A DNA stretch of 64,000 nt from an uncultured cyanobacterium (GCA_963803805.1 CAWDOD010000004.1:288001-352000); one strand, 5' to 3'. Shown: positions 10,231 through 20,047, counted from the stretch's first letter. A program made the numbers and translations. Notes: generated by a model not told the origin, from the sequence alone.

Positions 10231-11700
10231 ATGCAGTGGCAACCCATCCAAGATTTACCTAATAACTGGCAAGATATTGCTAATACTGAGTTGCCTCCTC
10301 TGGTGATCGTATGGAACGAACAAGCCGAACGTCTCCGCAATTCTGGTGAGTTCAGAACCTTTATAGAAAAGCTACGTCGCGAAATAGCTATTGAAACAGG
10401 TATTATTGAACGTCTCTACGATTTAGATCGTGGCATTACCCGTTTGTTAATAGAGCAAGGGATTAATGAGTCTTTAATTCCTCACGGGGCTACAGATCGC
10501 CCTGTAGGGCAAGTTATTGCCTTAATTCAAGATCAGGAAGCTGCTGTTGAAGGATTGTTTGATTTTGTTGGTAAGCAAAGAAATCTCTCAACCTCTTACA
10601 TCAAGCAATTGCATCAGCTTTTAACTCAAAATCAAGAGACTACAGAGGCGCTAATTCCCTCTACCGGAGAAGTTGTTAGGGTTCCTCTGATTAGCGGTGA
10701 TTGGAAAAAGCGACCAAATAATCCCCTGAGAAAAGGCGGAATTATTCATGAATACTGTCCTCCCGAACAGGTTGCCTCGGAAATGGACAGATTAATCGAG
10801 TTGCATCACCAACATAGAGTAAAACAAGTTTCTCCAGAAGTCGAATCAGCCTGGTTACATCACCGATTTACTCAGATTCATCCTTTTCAAGATGGTAATG
10901 GTAGGGTAGCAAGATGCTTGGCAAGTCTGGTTTTTATTCAAAATGGCTGGTTCCCTCTTGTCCTTACTCGTGATGATAGGGCAGTTTATATTGAAGCCTC
11001 CGAAAAAGCCGATCAAGGTGATTTGTCATCTCTTGTAAATTTGTTCGCTAAAAGTCAAAAACAAGCATTTCTTCGTAGCTTAGGGTTATCAGAACAAATT
11101 TTGTCTGAGGCTAAACGCGCCCAAGTTGTTATTGCTTCGGTTGCAGACAAACTGAAGCAGAATCTTTCCACTTCTATTGAAAAGCGTTGCCAAAAGGCTG
11201 AGACTTATGCCGAACAGTTATTCACGATATCTTTAGAAATGCTGCAAAGTATCTCTGAAGATATCAAAACTTCCTTGCAAAATCTCGTCAGGGAACCTGA
11301 AATTTTCACAGTTGCATCTCCAGTCGATGGCTCTAAATCCTATTATCACCGCTATCAAGTTGTTGAAACAGCTAAGCAATTAGACTACTTTGCAAATCTT
11401 CGTGCTTATTACAAATGGATACAGTTGGTTATTAGTTTGGAATCCTCAACTACAATAATCTTACTCTCTTTTCATGTTCTTGGTCATGAATACAGAGGAC
11501 TTCTGGTATGTTCTGGATGTGCTTATCATCGAGATGAAGCAGAGGAAGGGGAACGCAATACGAATGATATTCAAGCTTTAAGTGATTCTGTTTTTCAATT
11601 TTCCTATGCTGACCAAGAAGATAGGCTTGTCAATCGATTTAAAGAATGGTTAGAAGAGGTAATTGTTAACGGTTTAGAGTACTGGAATGAGAGTTTGTGA
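10231..11700 (+). CDS. Fic/DOC family protein with C-terminal extension
   Basis: Intact Fic motif HPFQDGNGRVAR. Confidence 0.92.
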   Translation: MQWQPIQDLPNNWQDIANTELPPLVIVWNEQAERLRNSGEFRTFIEKLRREIAIETGIIERLYDLDRGITRLLIEQGINESLIPHGATDRPVGQVIALIQDQEAAVEGLFDFVGKQRNLSTSYIKQLHQLLTQNQETTEALIPSTGEVVRVPLISGDWKKRPNNPLRKGGIIHEYCPPEQVASEMDRLIELHHQHRVKQVSPEVESAWLHHRFTQIHPFQDGNGRVARCLASLVFIQNGWFPLVLTRDDRAVYIEASEKADQGDLSSLVNLFAKSQKQAFLRSLGLSEQILSEAKRAQVVIASVADKLKQNLSTSIEKRCQKAETYAEQLFTISLEMLQSISEDIKTSLQNLVREPEIFTVASPVDGSKSYYHRYQVVETAKQLDYFANLRAYYKWIQLVISLESSTTIILLSFHVLGHEYRGLLVCSGCAYHRDEAEEGERNTNDIQALSDSVFQFSYADQEDRLVNRFKEWLEEVIVNGLEYWNESL

Positions 11701-11937
11701 GTTCAGTTCGTTTTTCTACAACCTAAACGTTGCAAAATGTTACAAAAAATCTTTTTTTTGAACTACTTTTTGATTTTGCTCTTGACGTGGTAAAATTATT
11801 TTAGATAATGGAAATATTGGCAATTTTTTGAACAAAAGTATCTATTTCCCATTATAAAATAATATCATTAAAGGGGGAAAGAACCAAGGGGAAGAAATAT
11901 TCTGGCTAACTTTCCTCAATTAAATTAATCCATTCAA

Positions 11938-12813
11938 TTATTCCTCTCGAATAATCTCTAATCCTAACCCTTGGCGACGGATAGCAAGGTTGTAGTAAAT
12001 TATGGTTTTACAGATTTGGAAAAATAAACCAAGGGCTGCTGAAAATAATAAAACTATTAATAAGTAAAATAGTTCCCAAGAAGTTGTTGATACTATTACT
12101 TCTGAAGGGAGTTGAGAAATACCCCAACTAGCTAGATAACTAAATAAGTAAAAAATAGAAATCAAAGGTAGTAATAAGATACTAGCGATTAGAGAGAGCA
12201 TGAACAAACGCCAAAAATAACCTTTTGTTAACTGCCAACTGTGAATCATACTTTTAAAAGGGTTAATTTTACTTTCGATGGCTAAAGATACATCGCTTAA
12301 CCAAAAGCGAGTTAAGAAATAGATACTAGGGCCAAACATTCCTGTCAACATTAAGAGCAATAAGGCAATAAGGACGATAAGAAAAAAGATAAAAATTACA
12401 GAATTACTACTTTCTACAAATGGTTCTATTACCAAGAAAATTTTGTCTAGCCGAATAGTAAACATAATTAAGCCAGTTGTAATCCAAGCAATTATCATAA
12501 TAATTGAGGAAACAACAGTAATAAAAATAGAGATTAATAGAAAACTACCTAGACGAGGGTTAATGTGGGTTTTTGCTTTTTTAATACTTTCTGGTTTGCC
12601 GATTAATTTCTGAAAAGCTAACCGAGAAACTAAGCCATGGGCAGCCAAGAATTTTGCCACTCCTAAAATTGGGATAATTAGCCACAAATAACCAATAAGA
12701 ATTTGTTTGTAATAAATTTTGAAGTTGGTAAGATATAAATAAATACTTAAACTAACAATATCTCCAATACTTAAAGGTTGGTGTTTATATTCGTGCCAAT
12801 TATCATTTATCAT
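11938..12813 (-). CDS. Multi-pass membrane protein (DUF975 / glycerophosphodiesterase membrane-domain-like)
   Basis: PLSIGDIVS N-terminus, several TM segments, SWQLTKGYFWR and YYNLAIRRQGLGL motifs. Confidence 0.7.
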   Translation of the reverse strand: MINDNWHEYKHQPLSIGDIVSLSIYLYLTNFKIYYKQILIGYLWLIIPILGVAKFLAAHGLVSRLAFQKLIGKPESIKKAKTHINPRLGSFLLISIFITVVSSIIMIIAWITTGLIMFTIRLDKIFLVIEPFVESSNSVIFIFFLIVLIALLLLMLTGMFGPSIYFLTRFWLSDVSLAIESKINPFKSMIHSWQLTKGYFWRLFMLSLIASILLLPLISIFYLFSYLASWGISQLPSEVIVSTTSWELFYLLIVLLFSAALGLFFQICKTIIYYNLAIRRQGLGLEIIREE

Positions 12814-12874
12814 TGTTGGCGCTAGCTTTGCCGTAGGCTACTTTAATTCTTTGAACGTCATCATAAAAGCCAGA

Positions 12875-14203
12875 TTATAAAAGATTACGTGCTTTGAGAC
12901 GCAGATATTGTTCAACTAACTGTTCACTAATTTGGTTAGCTGGGGCATCAAGTACAAGGACACCTTTTTGTTTAAGTTGGGCAAAGGCAACCTCTCTTTG
13001 GGATAATAAATCTAAAGCTACTGCCCGACTATAAGCGGTTTCACTTTTATCTTGTTGTTTGTCTTGGAGAGTGTTGGGAGTATGGGCAATTACATCAACT
13101 TGAGGATCTCTTAAGGTGACGCAAAAAGGTAAATAACGGGGGGTTAAACGCATTAAAGAAGCAAGGAGTTCCGCCGAAGCAGTAGTATCGATAATATCAG
13201 TAATTAATACTACCAAAGCACGGCGAGTTTGTTGATTAACTAATTTTGTAACCGCCCCCATATAATCTGGTTCTAGTAATACTGGTTGAATAGGAGTAAG
13301 GCGTTCAATTAATTTGGGGAGGTGGTTTTGTCCTCTTTCTGGGGGTATCCAAGTGGTAACTTCTCGATCAAAAACCCCTACACCTACGCGATCGCCTCTA
13401 CTCAATCCAGCCAGGGCAAGGGAGAGAGTGGCATTTAAGCCCCAATCAAAGCGGGTTAAGCTTTGTACCTGGGCAGTCATTAAACGTCCCCTGTCTAATA
13501 AAACAATTAAGGTTTGCTCTTTTTCTGGTTCCAATACCCTAATTAAAGGGCGAGAACGACGGGCAGTTGCTTTCCAATCAATTAATCTGGTATCATCACC
13601 AATGCTATATTCCCGTAGTTCAGTAAATTCTGTCCCTGTTCCTAAACGCTTCGCTTGACGCATTGAACCAGTATTTTCTAAGGCAAGGCGAATAGAAAGC
13701 GATCGCAAGCCAATTAAGTCCGGATAAACAGCTACTTTTTGTTGTGCTGCTACCTGCCAATCGTACCATCCCAAGCCCCAACCCCCTAGTTGCCTGATGT
13801 GTATGTTTCCCCAGAGAAATTCCCCTCGACTGTTTGGGTACACTGTGTAGGTGAGTTCCAAGGTTGTATTCGGCTCAAGTGTTTGTTGGAGGGTAGATTG
13901 GGAAACAGGGAATTGGCTAGGATAGTTATCTTTAATGAGAATACGGGCAGGAGTTTTTGATGATTTTACTAATAATGTAATAACATTATCTCGACCCACA
14001 GAAAGCCTTTCTGTGTGATGGCGCTTAATTTCTACTCGATTGGCTTTAACTTTAAAAGCATCTATTACAGTTAAAAGTAAGACTACAGCATCATAAGTTA
14101 GGAGAATTACTACCGCTATTTGTAAGTTTTTGAGAATAGCAACCAAAATAGCGATCGCCATTCCTAAACTTAAGAGTATGTAAACTAAGCGAGAAGGAAC
14201 CAT
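12875..14203 (-). CDS. DUF58 (vWA-like, MoxR-associated) protein
   Basis: GTGTEFTELREYSIGDDTRLIDWKATARR signature; N-terminal TM helices. Confidence 0.92.
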   Translation of the reverse strand: MVPSRLVYILLSLGMAIAILVAILKNLQIAVVILLTYDAVVLLLTVIDAFKVKANRVEIKRHHTERLSVGRDNVITLLVKSSKTPARILIKDNYPSQFPVSQSTLQQTLEPNTTLELTYTVYPNSRGEFLWGNIHIRQLGGWGLGWYDWQVAAQQKVAVYPDLIGLRSLSIRLALENTGSMRQAKRLGTGTEFTELREYSIGDDTRLIDWKATARRSRPLIRVLEPEKEQTLIVLLDRGRLMTAQVQSLTRFDWGLNATLSLALAGLSRGDRVGVGVFDREVTTWIPPERGQNHLPKLIERLTPIQPVLLEPDYMGAVTKLVNQQTRRALVVLITDIIDTTASAELLASLMRLTPRYLPFCVTLRDPQVDVIAHTPNTLQDKQQDKSETAYSRAVALDLLSQREVAFAQLKQKGVLVLDAPANQISEQLVEQYLRLKARNLL

Positions 14204-14225
14204 AAATCAAGAAACTGATTAAGAT

Positions 14226-15272
14226 ATGAAGTTATTTCATAATGGACTCAAAGATTTATTATTACTCAATAAATACAGTTCTGGGAAAAAGATTGGCTTT
14301 CTTTCTATTGAAACTGACTTGCCAGAATCATTTATTAAACTAACTAAAGCGTTACCTAGCTACGCTTTAGGTTTGCATATTCGTCGGGAATATCGCCATA
14401 TTATGATGGCTTTACGAGGTTTTCAATATCCAGAAGCAGATGCCCTATTTATATTTGAAATCTATTCCCAACACTTACTATTAACCCTGCCCTTATTAGC
14501 CTTAACCGGAAAAGAAGTTCTACTAAGTTTACATGGCAATCAACAATTTGCGATGAACAGCAAAGTCAAGTATTTGGGCTTGCTTTATCTCAAATTGTTT
14601 TTGAATCTACCTAATTTCAAAGCGTTAACCTTAGAAATAGATGACGATGTAATTCCGGAAAAATATCAATTACCTGACCAATCTAAATTAGTTATTCCCC
14701 ATCCTATCCTTAGCGATATCAAACCTAACTTAAAACCAGGGGAAAGATGGCCAGAAGAACGTCCTCTTAAAATTGGCGTAGTTGGTATGATTAGGGCGGA
14801 TAAGCCTATTGCTAAGCTTATTGAGGAATTGCAAGAATATATTACTCAAACGCCTCATAATTGTGAATTAATTATTGGTACTCCTTTCTGGCAAAAACCA
14901 GATTATTTAGATAAGCTCAATTGCACTCTTGTAGATACAGCAAAAGAAGAAGATTACCTCAAGGTTTTGCAACAAATTGATATTTTAGTTATACATTATG
15001 ACCAAGAACGCTATTATTACCGTACCAGTGGCGTAATTAGTGACGCAGGGAGTTGTGGTTGCTATATTATCGCTTCTGATTATCCAGTGATTAAACATCA
15101 AGTTGATTGGCCTGCTAAAATTGGCTCAACCTTCCAAGAATTTGGCGAAATAGGTTCAATTATTGATGAAGCAATTCCGCAAATTCGCTCTCAAGGACAA
15201 GATAACCATTGGTTATGGCGAGAGGGAAGGAATGCCGAGGCGATCGCCAAAATTATTTTTCAAAACTCTTAA
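14226..15272 (+). CDS. Glycosyltransferase-like protein (GT-B fold)
   Basis: IGVVGMIRADK, IDILVIHY, YRTSGVISDA, IIASDYPVI resemble the GT4 C-terminal domain. Confidence 0.6.
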   Translation: MKLFHNGLKDLLLLNKYSSGKKIGFLSIETDLPESFIKLTKALPSYALGLHIRREYRHIMMALRGFQYPEADALFIFEIYSQHLLLTLPLLALTGKEVLLSLHGNQQFAMNSKVKYLGLLYLKLFLNLPNFKALTLEIDDDVIPEKYQLPDQSKLVIPHPILSDIKPNLKPGERWPEERPLKIGVVGMIRADKPIAKLIEELQEYITQTPHNCELIIGTPFWQKPDYLDKLNCTLVDTAKEEDYLKVLQQIDILVIHYDQERYYYRTSGVISDAGSCGCYIIASDYPVIKHQVDWPAKIGSTFQEFGEIGSIIDEAIPQIRSQGQDNHWLWREGRNAEAIAKIIFQNS

Positions 15273-15342
15273 TTATTACAATTAGCTATTAGCCCAATCG
15301 GAGTACTAAACAGCACATTATTTCAATAAAAACTAAAACAAT

Positions 15343-15603
15343 ATGACTAATTCTTCCATGACTATACTTGTCAAACTATTTGCTGCCTTTCAAGAAGCCT
15401 ATAAATCTCCTGAACTGCAACTTGAATTATCCTCACAAACCACTGTATACCAAGTATTAGAAAGGTTGATTTATGAACATCCAGAATTAGAAAAGTGGCG
15501 AGATTTAACTCGTTTTGGAGTTAACTTACAATTTGTGGAACCTGATACTATTGTTCAGGATGGTGATGAAGTTGTACTGATTCCCCCGGTAAGTGGAGGC
15601 TGA
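15343..15603 (+). CDS. moaD: Molybdopterin synthase sulfur carrier (MoaD/ThiS family)
   Basis: VKLFAAFQE...DGDEVVLIPPVSGG, C-terminal GG. Confidence 0.92.
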   Translation: MTNSSMTILVKLFAAFQEAYKSPELQLELSSQTTVYQVLERLIYEHPELEKWRDLTRFGVNLQFVEPDTIVQDGDEVVLIPPVSGG

Positions 15604-15667
15604 TATCATTTGTCATTAAAAATTTACCAAAAGGAATGCTCTTCCACTCCACAGGTGGCTTAGTATT

Positions 15668-16606
15668 TTAAAATTCAACTAAAATATTAGCTAAACGACG
15701 ATTTCGAGCTACAGTAAGTACCATAGAATCAGGACGAGTATTTAGGTAAGAAACTAACTGTCTTACATCTCGGAGGCGGCGACGATTAACCCCTACTAAC
15801 TGATCCCCTGGTTTTAAACCAATAGAAGCAGCTACAGAACCTCGTTCTACAGATTCGATAATCAAACTTGCCCCGTCAACAGAGATGCCTAAACGAGGTG
15901 CTTCGGAAGGGGCAGCAGCTATTGTTGGTGCAGTTCGGTTACGGTTTTGGGCAATAAATTGTTGTGCTTCTGTGGCACTGGTGGCGAAGCCTATACCAAT
16001 ATTACCTCCTCCCCCAGCACTGAGAATTGCTTTATTAACGCCGATTAATTCTCCACGGGAATTCAATAAAGGGCCACCAGAATTGCCGGGGTTAATAGCA
16101 GCATCGGTTTGCAAATCACCATTTGGGGCAATGCGACTGAGGGTTCCTTGAGTAAAGGTTCCCGATAAACCAAAGGGACTACCGATAGCATAAACTGTTT
16201 GCCCAACTTTAATACTATTAGCACTAGCAATGGGAATAGTGGCAAGGCGATCGCTGGTTTGTAAACGGACTAAAGCCAAATCATTAGGGCTATCAATGGC
16301 AATTACACTACCTTCATATTCTTTACCTTCAGCAGCAATAACCTTAACTACGCCTCGGTTAGCATTTCTGATTACGTGTTCATTGGTTAAAATTAGGCCT
16401 TCGGAACTAATAATACTGCCTGAACCTGCACCTCTACCAACTTGAATTGTCACCACCGCAGGACTGGCTTTGCGGTACACGTCAATACTAACTTGTTCGT
16501 CACCATTATACTGAGCAAGTAATATAGGTTCTGAAGCTTCAGCTACTGTAGGAATTGTGGCTAAGCATAAAGAGAGAGCATATACTGCTAGATTCTTAGG
16601 TTTCAT
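15668..16606 (-). CDS. HtrA/DegP-like trypsin serine protease with one PDZ domain
   Basis: Signal peptide, LTNEHV, DLAL, QTDAAINPGNSGGPL, C-terminal PDZ. Confidence 0.93.
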   Translation of the reverse strand: MKPKNLAVYALSLCLATIPTVAEASEPILLAQYNGDEQVSIDVYRKASPAVVTIQVGRGAGSGSIISSEGLILTNEHVIRNANRGVVKVIAAEGKEYEGSVIAIDSPNDLALVRLQTSDRLATIPIASANSIKVGQTVYAIGSPFGLSGTFTQGTLSRIAPNGDLQTDAAINPGNSGGPLLNSRGELIGVNKAILSAGGGGNIGIGFATSATEAQQFIAQNRNRTAPTIAAAPSEAPRLGISVDGASLIIESVERGSVAASIGLKPGDQLVGVNRRRLRDVRQLVSYLNTRPDSMVLTVARNRRLANILVEF

Positions 16607-16843
16607 AGGTGCAGCAATTTAATATATGTGAGAGGGAGGAATGGTTCAATAATTGTAGACGTAGGACAAAGTAGGCTTGTTCCTTATTATAGTTAATAGG
16701 TTAAGGGTTAAAGAAGCTATTAATTTAAGCAATAAATTAGAATTTAACCGCAATTACCTAGACAAAAGATATAGTTAAATAGTCCGGTATAGGAAAAAAC
16801 AGGTGTGTAGTCTTTAGTAAACTAATCTGCTACTCAGAAACTA

Positions 16844-16975
16844 ATGGCCTTAGACACTTTAAAAGATCGCTATCAAATTATCTGGCCACTGGAAAGTGGC
16901 ACTTTTAATGAAACTTTTCTTGCAGAAGATAAGTTACCAATCATAAAAGTTGAGAGCAAACTTCTTTTATCATAG
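16844..16975 (+). pseudogene. N-terminal remnant of a Ser/Thr protein kinase
   Basis: My translation: MALDTLKDRYQIIWPLESGTFNETFLAEDKLP..., matching kinase subdomain I (RYxIIxxLGxGxFGxTFLAED); stops after 43 codons. Confidence 0.7.
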
Positions 16976-17081
16976 TTTGATTCTTTTTCGGAGATGTCTA
17001 ATACTGGATAAAAATTGGTTTTTATGCAATCGCGCGTTAAGTATTTAACTTGTTTCGTGCGATCGCAAGCTAATCAACTTT

Positions 17082-17726
17082 CTAGGGTTTTTTGTATTTT
17101 ATCCTTAACTTTGCCCCTGCTGATGAGTTTAAACGTCCTAGTTCAAACCGATAGTTACGATGGTCAAGCATAAACTTTCTGACTAGCTTAGACTTTGCTC
17201 CACTTAATCTTCCTGGCTTTAAATAATCTTTGTATCTTTGAAGATATTTTAACTTTCTGGCAATGAAAGTTTTTTTCACTCCGTAGTTCCAGTATTTTAC
17301 TACATCGTACTTGTGTCCCATGTGAATATTACGATCAAAAGGTAGCCAACGCCTTGGCCCATTAGAGCTAGTTTTAACGTATACCTGCGGACCTTTTGTG
17401 GGATGATGCCTTGCTTTTCCTTTTTTAAACCACCGATTCCAGACCAACCTTCCTTGTTTACTATGTTTGCCAGGAGTTCTACCCATAAATGTCAATCGAG
17501 CAGAAGGTTTTTTACTACGGGGACGACCACGAGTTGCACGGCTAACTTGTCTACCTCCTTTAAGCTTCCCTTTGAAGACATTCTTTAAAAGAGGTTTCAA
17601 AAAACTAAACCGTTCCAATTGTACTTTTTCAGATTGTATTTCTTCTAGTTCCTCCGGCAAAAATTGTAAGTTTTCTAGTTCTGCTTCTGAGAACAACTCG
17701 ATTTGTTGTACCATTTTGACTGACAT
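17082..17726 (-). CDS. Acidic-leader protein with a C-terminal HNH/EndoVII-fold (GH-E-like) toxin nuclease domain
   Basis: MGRTPGKHS, HMGH..DVVKYWN, VRKFMLDHRNYRFE...NSSAG resemble polymorphic-toxin HNH nucleases; 10 Glu in the first 38 aa, remainder very basic. Confidence 0.7.
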   Translation of the reverse strand: MSVKMVQQIELFSEAELENLQFLPEELEEIQSEKVQLERFSFLKPLLKNVFKGKLKGGRQVSRATRGRPRSKKPSARLTFMGRTPGKHSKQGRLVWNRWFKKGKARHHPTKGPQVYVKTSSNGPRRWLPFDRNIHMGHKYDVVKYWNYGVKKTFIARKLKYLQRYKDYLKPGRLSGAKSKLVRKFMLDHRNYRFELGRLNSSAGAKLRIKYKKP

Positions 17727-17777
17727 GATTTTCTCCTTTGCTGACGATATTTAAGAAATATAGTTGTTGCAATTTGT

Positions 17778-18155
17778 CTAAGCCTGTTCAAAAACGACCT
17801 TATCTACACTCAGGAGAGGAATTTTTATGATGTGGTGGGGCTGTGTAAAAGCCTCTGTCACCAGAGCATCAGCCTGGGGTTGGCAAGACTTAATTATTGC
17901 AACTAAATGCGAATTTTTAATCTCGACGTTGGTAACTTCAACGGAGTAGCCGCCAGTAGGTTTCTCCCCTGCAAAAACTGCAACTACTTGATACTGGGTA
18001 AAATCTACTTCCGGCACTGGAGGAGGGGGGATGTGATCGCAACTATGCTGTTGCCAAATATCTATCCATGCTGCGGTATTACTAATCACTATCCGGTTAG
18101 CTGTCGGGTAACCACTGTTAATCCCTTTGGCAATAGTGCTAAAGTCAACTCTCAT
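17778..18155 (-). CDS. PrcB C-terminal domain protein (protease complex subunit family)
   Basis: PEVDFTQYQVVAVFAGEKPTGGYSVEV...TEAFTQPHHIIKI; starts 5 bp after the subtilase stop. Confidence 0.85.
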   Translation of the reverse strand: MRVDFSTIAKGINSGYPTANRIVISNTAAWIDIWQQHSCDHIPPPPVPEVDFTQYQVVAVFAGEKPTGGYSVEVTNVEIKNSHLVAIIKSCQPQADALVTEAFTQPHHIIKIPLLSVDKVVFEQA

Positions 18156-18160
18156 TTCAT

Positions 18161-19885
18161 TTACTTTCCTTGAGTTACGACTGAGGGAGGAATATTGGGG
18201 GCTTGGTAAGTTAGTTGATGAGATTGTTTCTTTTTCTCTCCATTAGGGGTACAAAAGCTCACATTCAATGTCAGATGATACTGACTGGAGTGGCTATTGG
18301 GCAAAACCTCAATCTCAAAATTACGGGTCGCATCTTTGCTAATACGCAAATCACCGTAATCTTTTTCCGTACTGGTAACTTTAATGTGGTCATGATTAGA
18401 AATCAAACTTGCTTTGACGGTTTGCATTACTTTTTCACCAGTATTCCTGACAGAAACATTCACCTGTTCAAGTAGCTTCCGCTCTTTTATGGCTGAGGTG
18501 AAGGTAACTGAGCTTTTTTCTCCCTGTTCTGTTGAAGATTTCCCTACCATCTCCAAAGCTTTGACAACATCAACTAATCCCTTACCAGCAATGTTGGGGT
18601 CTTGTTCTGAATCAAGGACTTGAGCTGATTCCCTAAGAATGTTTTTAACTTGCCAAGTTTTTAGTTGCGAATGGCGCTCCAACATTAGAGCCACAATCCC
18701 AGAAATGTGGGGAGCGGCCATGCTTGTACCAGAATTCCTAATATAACCTCCACCAGGCTTTGCGGAGATAATTTGATAACCTGGTGCTAAGATATCTGGC
18801 TTCGGTCGGTTATCGGTAGTAGGACCACGGCTGCTGAAAGGCATTACTTCTGTACCATCACCGTTAGATGCTCCCACAACAATCAGATCACCATTAGCAT
18901 CTGCTGGAGTTGTAATGGTTCCAGGATTAGGACCGCTATTTCCTGCACTCTTAACCAAAACTAAACCTAGTTGAACTGCTCTTTCAGCAATTTTGGTTAC
19001 AATACTCTTACCATCAAGCTTTGCAGCAATTCCCCAGCTACAGTTAACAATCTTCACCCCCTCTTTCATATCTCTCATGACATCCTCAAGGGCCTGAGCG
19101 CCTTTAGAACTACCTTCAAGAGCTTCAGTAGCACCACTGGGAAAGATTTTGTAGCTCCAAATGGTTACTTCCGGAGCCATTCCCCTATATTGGGAGCCAT
19201 TACCCCCAATGATACCGGCTACGTGAGTTCCGTGGGGATGGGGATTGCCCCAATCTTCATCCGTGTAATTTCGCTTGCGGATAACGCGACCCTTGAAGTC
19301 AGGATGTTCAGCATCAACTTCTCCATCTAAAACTGCAACAATTACTCCCCTACCAGTACCAACCAGTTCTTTGCTTCTGGCATCAACTACGCCCACTAAT
19401 GCAGCACTCTTGTCTAGTTCTAACTTTAAGGGTTTATCAACTTCTAGATATTCTACATCCTCTCGTTGGGCTAGGTTTTTAATTTGCAGAGGGGTAAGTT
19501 CAGCAACAACAGCATTACCTAATTTTAAGTTTTCCTCAATTTTCACTTGTTCTTGTTGCAAGTCTTCTAGAAATGACTCAGCACCTTGATCTGCTAAGCG
19601 TTCAAACTCTTCAAACTCAGAACATTCAAATTCTTCATTGCGTTCTTGGTAAGATTCCAGCAGTCCGCTAAATTCTTCATGAAAATCATCAAAGGACTTA
19701 GGGGGTTTGTAATGAATAACTACCCTCTGACGCTGTTGAGATTCAAGCCCCTCAACTTCAGCAGTAATTTGATGCTCTAAAAGGTCTTCGAGCTTTTCAT
19801 CAACTTCAGTTCCCCACTCTTGGCGAACTTGTCCTGAAGCGCTTTCTAGTGCCTCTGGTGTAATACATAAATCATTGTTAATCAT
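18161..19885 (-). CDS. S8 subtilisin-like serine protease with acidic pro-region and Ig-like C-terminal domain
   Basis: Catalytic D (VAVLDG), H (HGTHVAG), oxyanion N (SAGN), S (SGTSMAAP); no signal peptide visible. Confidence 0.95.
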   Translation of the reverse strand: MINNDLCITPEALESASGQVRQEWGTEVDEKLEDLLEHQITAEVEGLESQQRQRVVIHYKPPKSFDDFHEEFSGLLESYQERNEEFECSEFEEFERLADQGAESFLEDLQQEQVKIEENLKLGNAVVAELTPLQIKNLAQREDVEYLEVDKPLKLELDKSAALVGVVDARSKELVGTGRGVIVAVLDGEVDAEHPDFKGRVIRKRNYTDEDWGNPHPHGTHVAGIIGGNGSQYRGMAPEVTIWSYKIFPSGATEALEGSSKGAQALEDVMRDMKEGVKIVNCSWGIAAKLDGKSIVTKIAERAVQLGLVLVKSAGNSGPNPGTITTPADANGDLIVVGASNGDGTEVMPFSSRGPTTDNRPKPDILAPGYQIISAKPGGGYIRNSGTSMAAPHISGIVALMLERHSQLKTWQVKNILRESAQVLDSEQDPNIAGKGLVDVVKALEMVGKSSTEQGEKSSVTFTSAIKERKLLEQVNVSVRNTGEKVMQTVKASLISNHDHIKVTSTEKDYGDLRISKDATRNFEIEVLPNSHSSQYHLTLNVSFCTPNGEKKKQSHQLTYQAPNIPPSVVTQGK

Positions 19886-19980
19886 AGTTTGAGCAGAAAA
19901 ATGTGGATTTTGTGAGTTTCTGAGCCGAGTGCATCTCTTCTTGTAAGGACAGAGTTGATTTGAGAACTAAAATATTTTGC

Positions 19981-20026
19981 AGGGGCGAGTGGTTACTTGC
20001 TAAGTCAGGGAGATGCAAACGCCCCT
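19981..20026 (-). repeat. Short inverted repeat between the precursor gene and the subtilase gene
   Basis: AGGGGCG...CGCCCCT arms, about 20 bp downstream of the 175-aa ORF stop. Confidence 0.4.
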
Positions 20027-20047
20027 AGATAATTGGTTAATCCTTAG

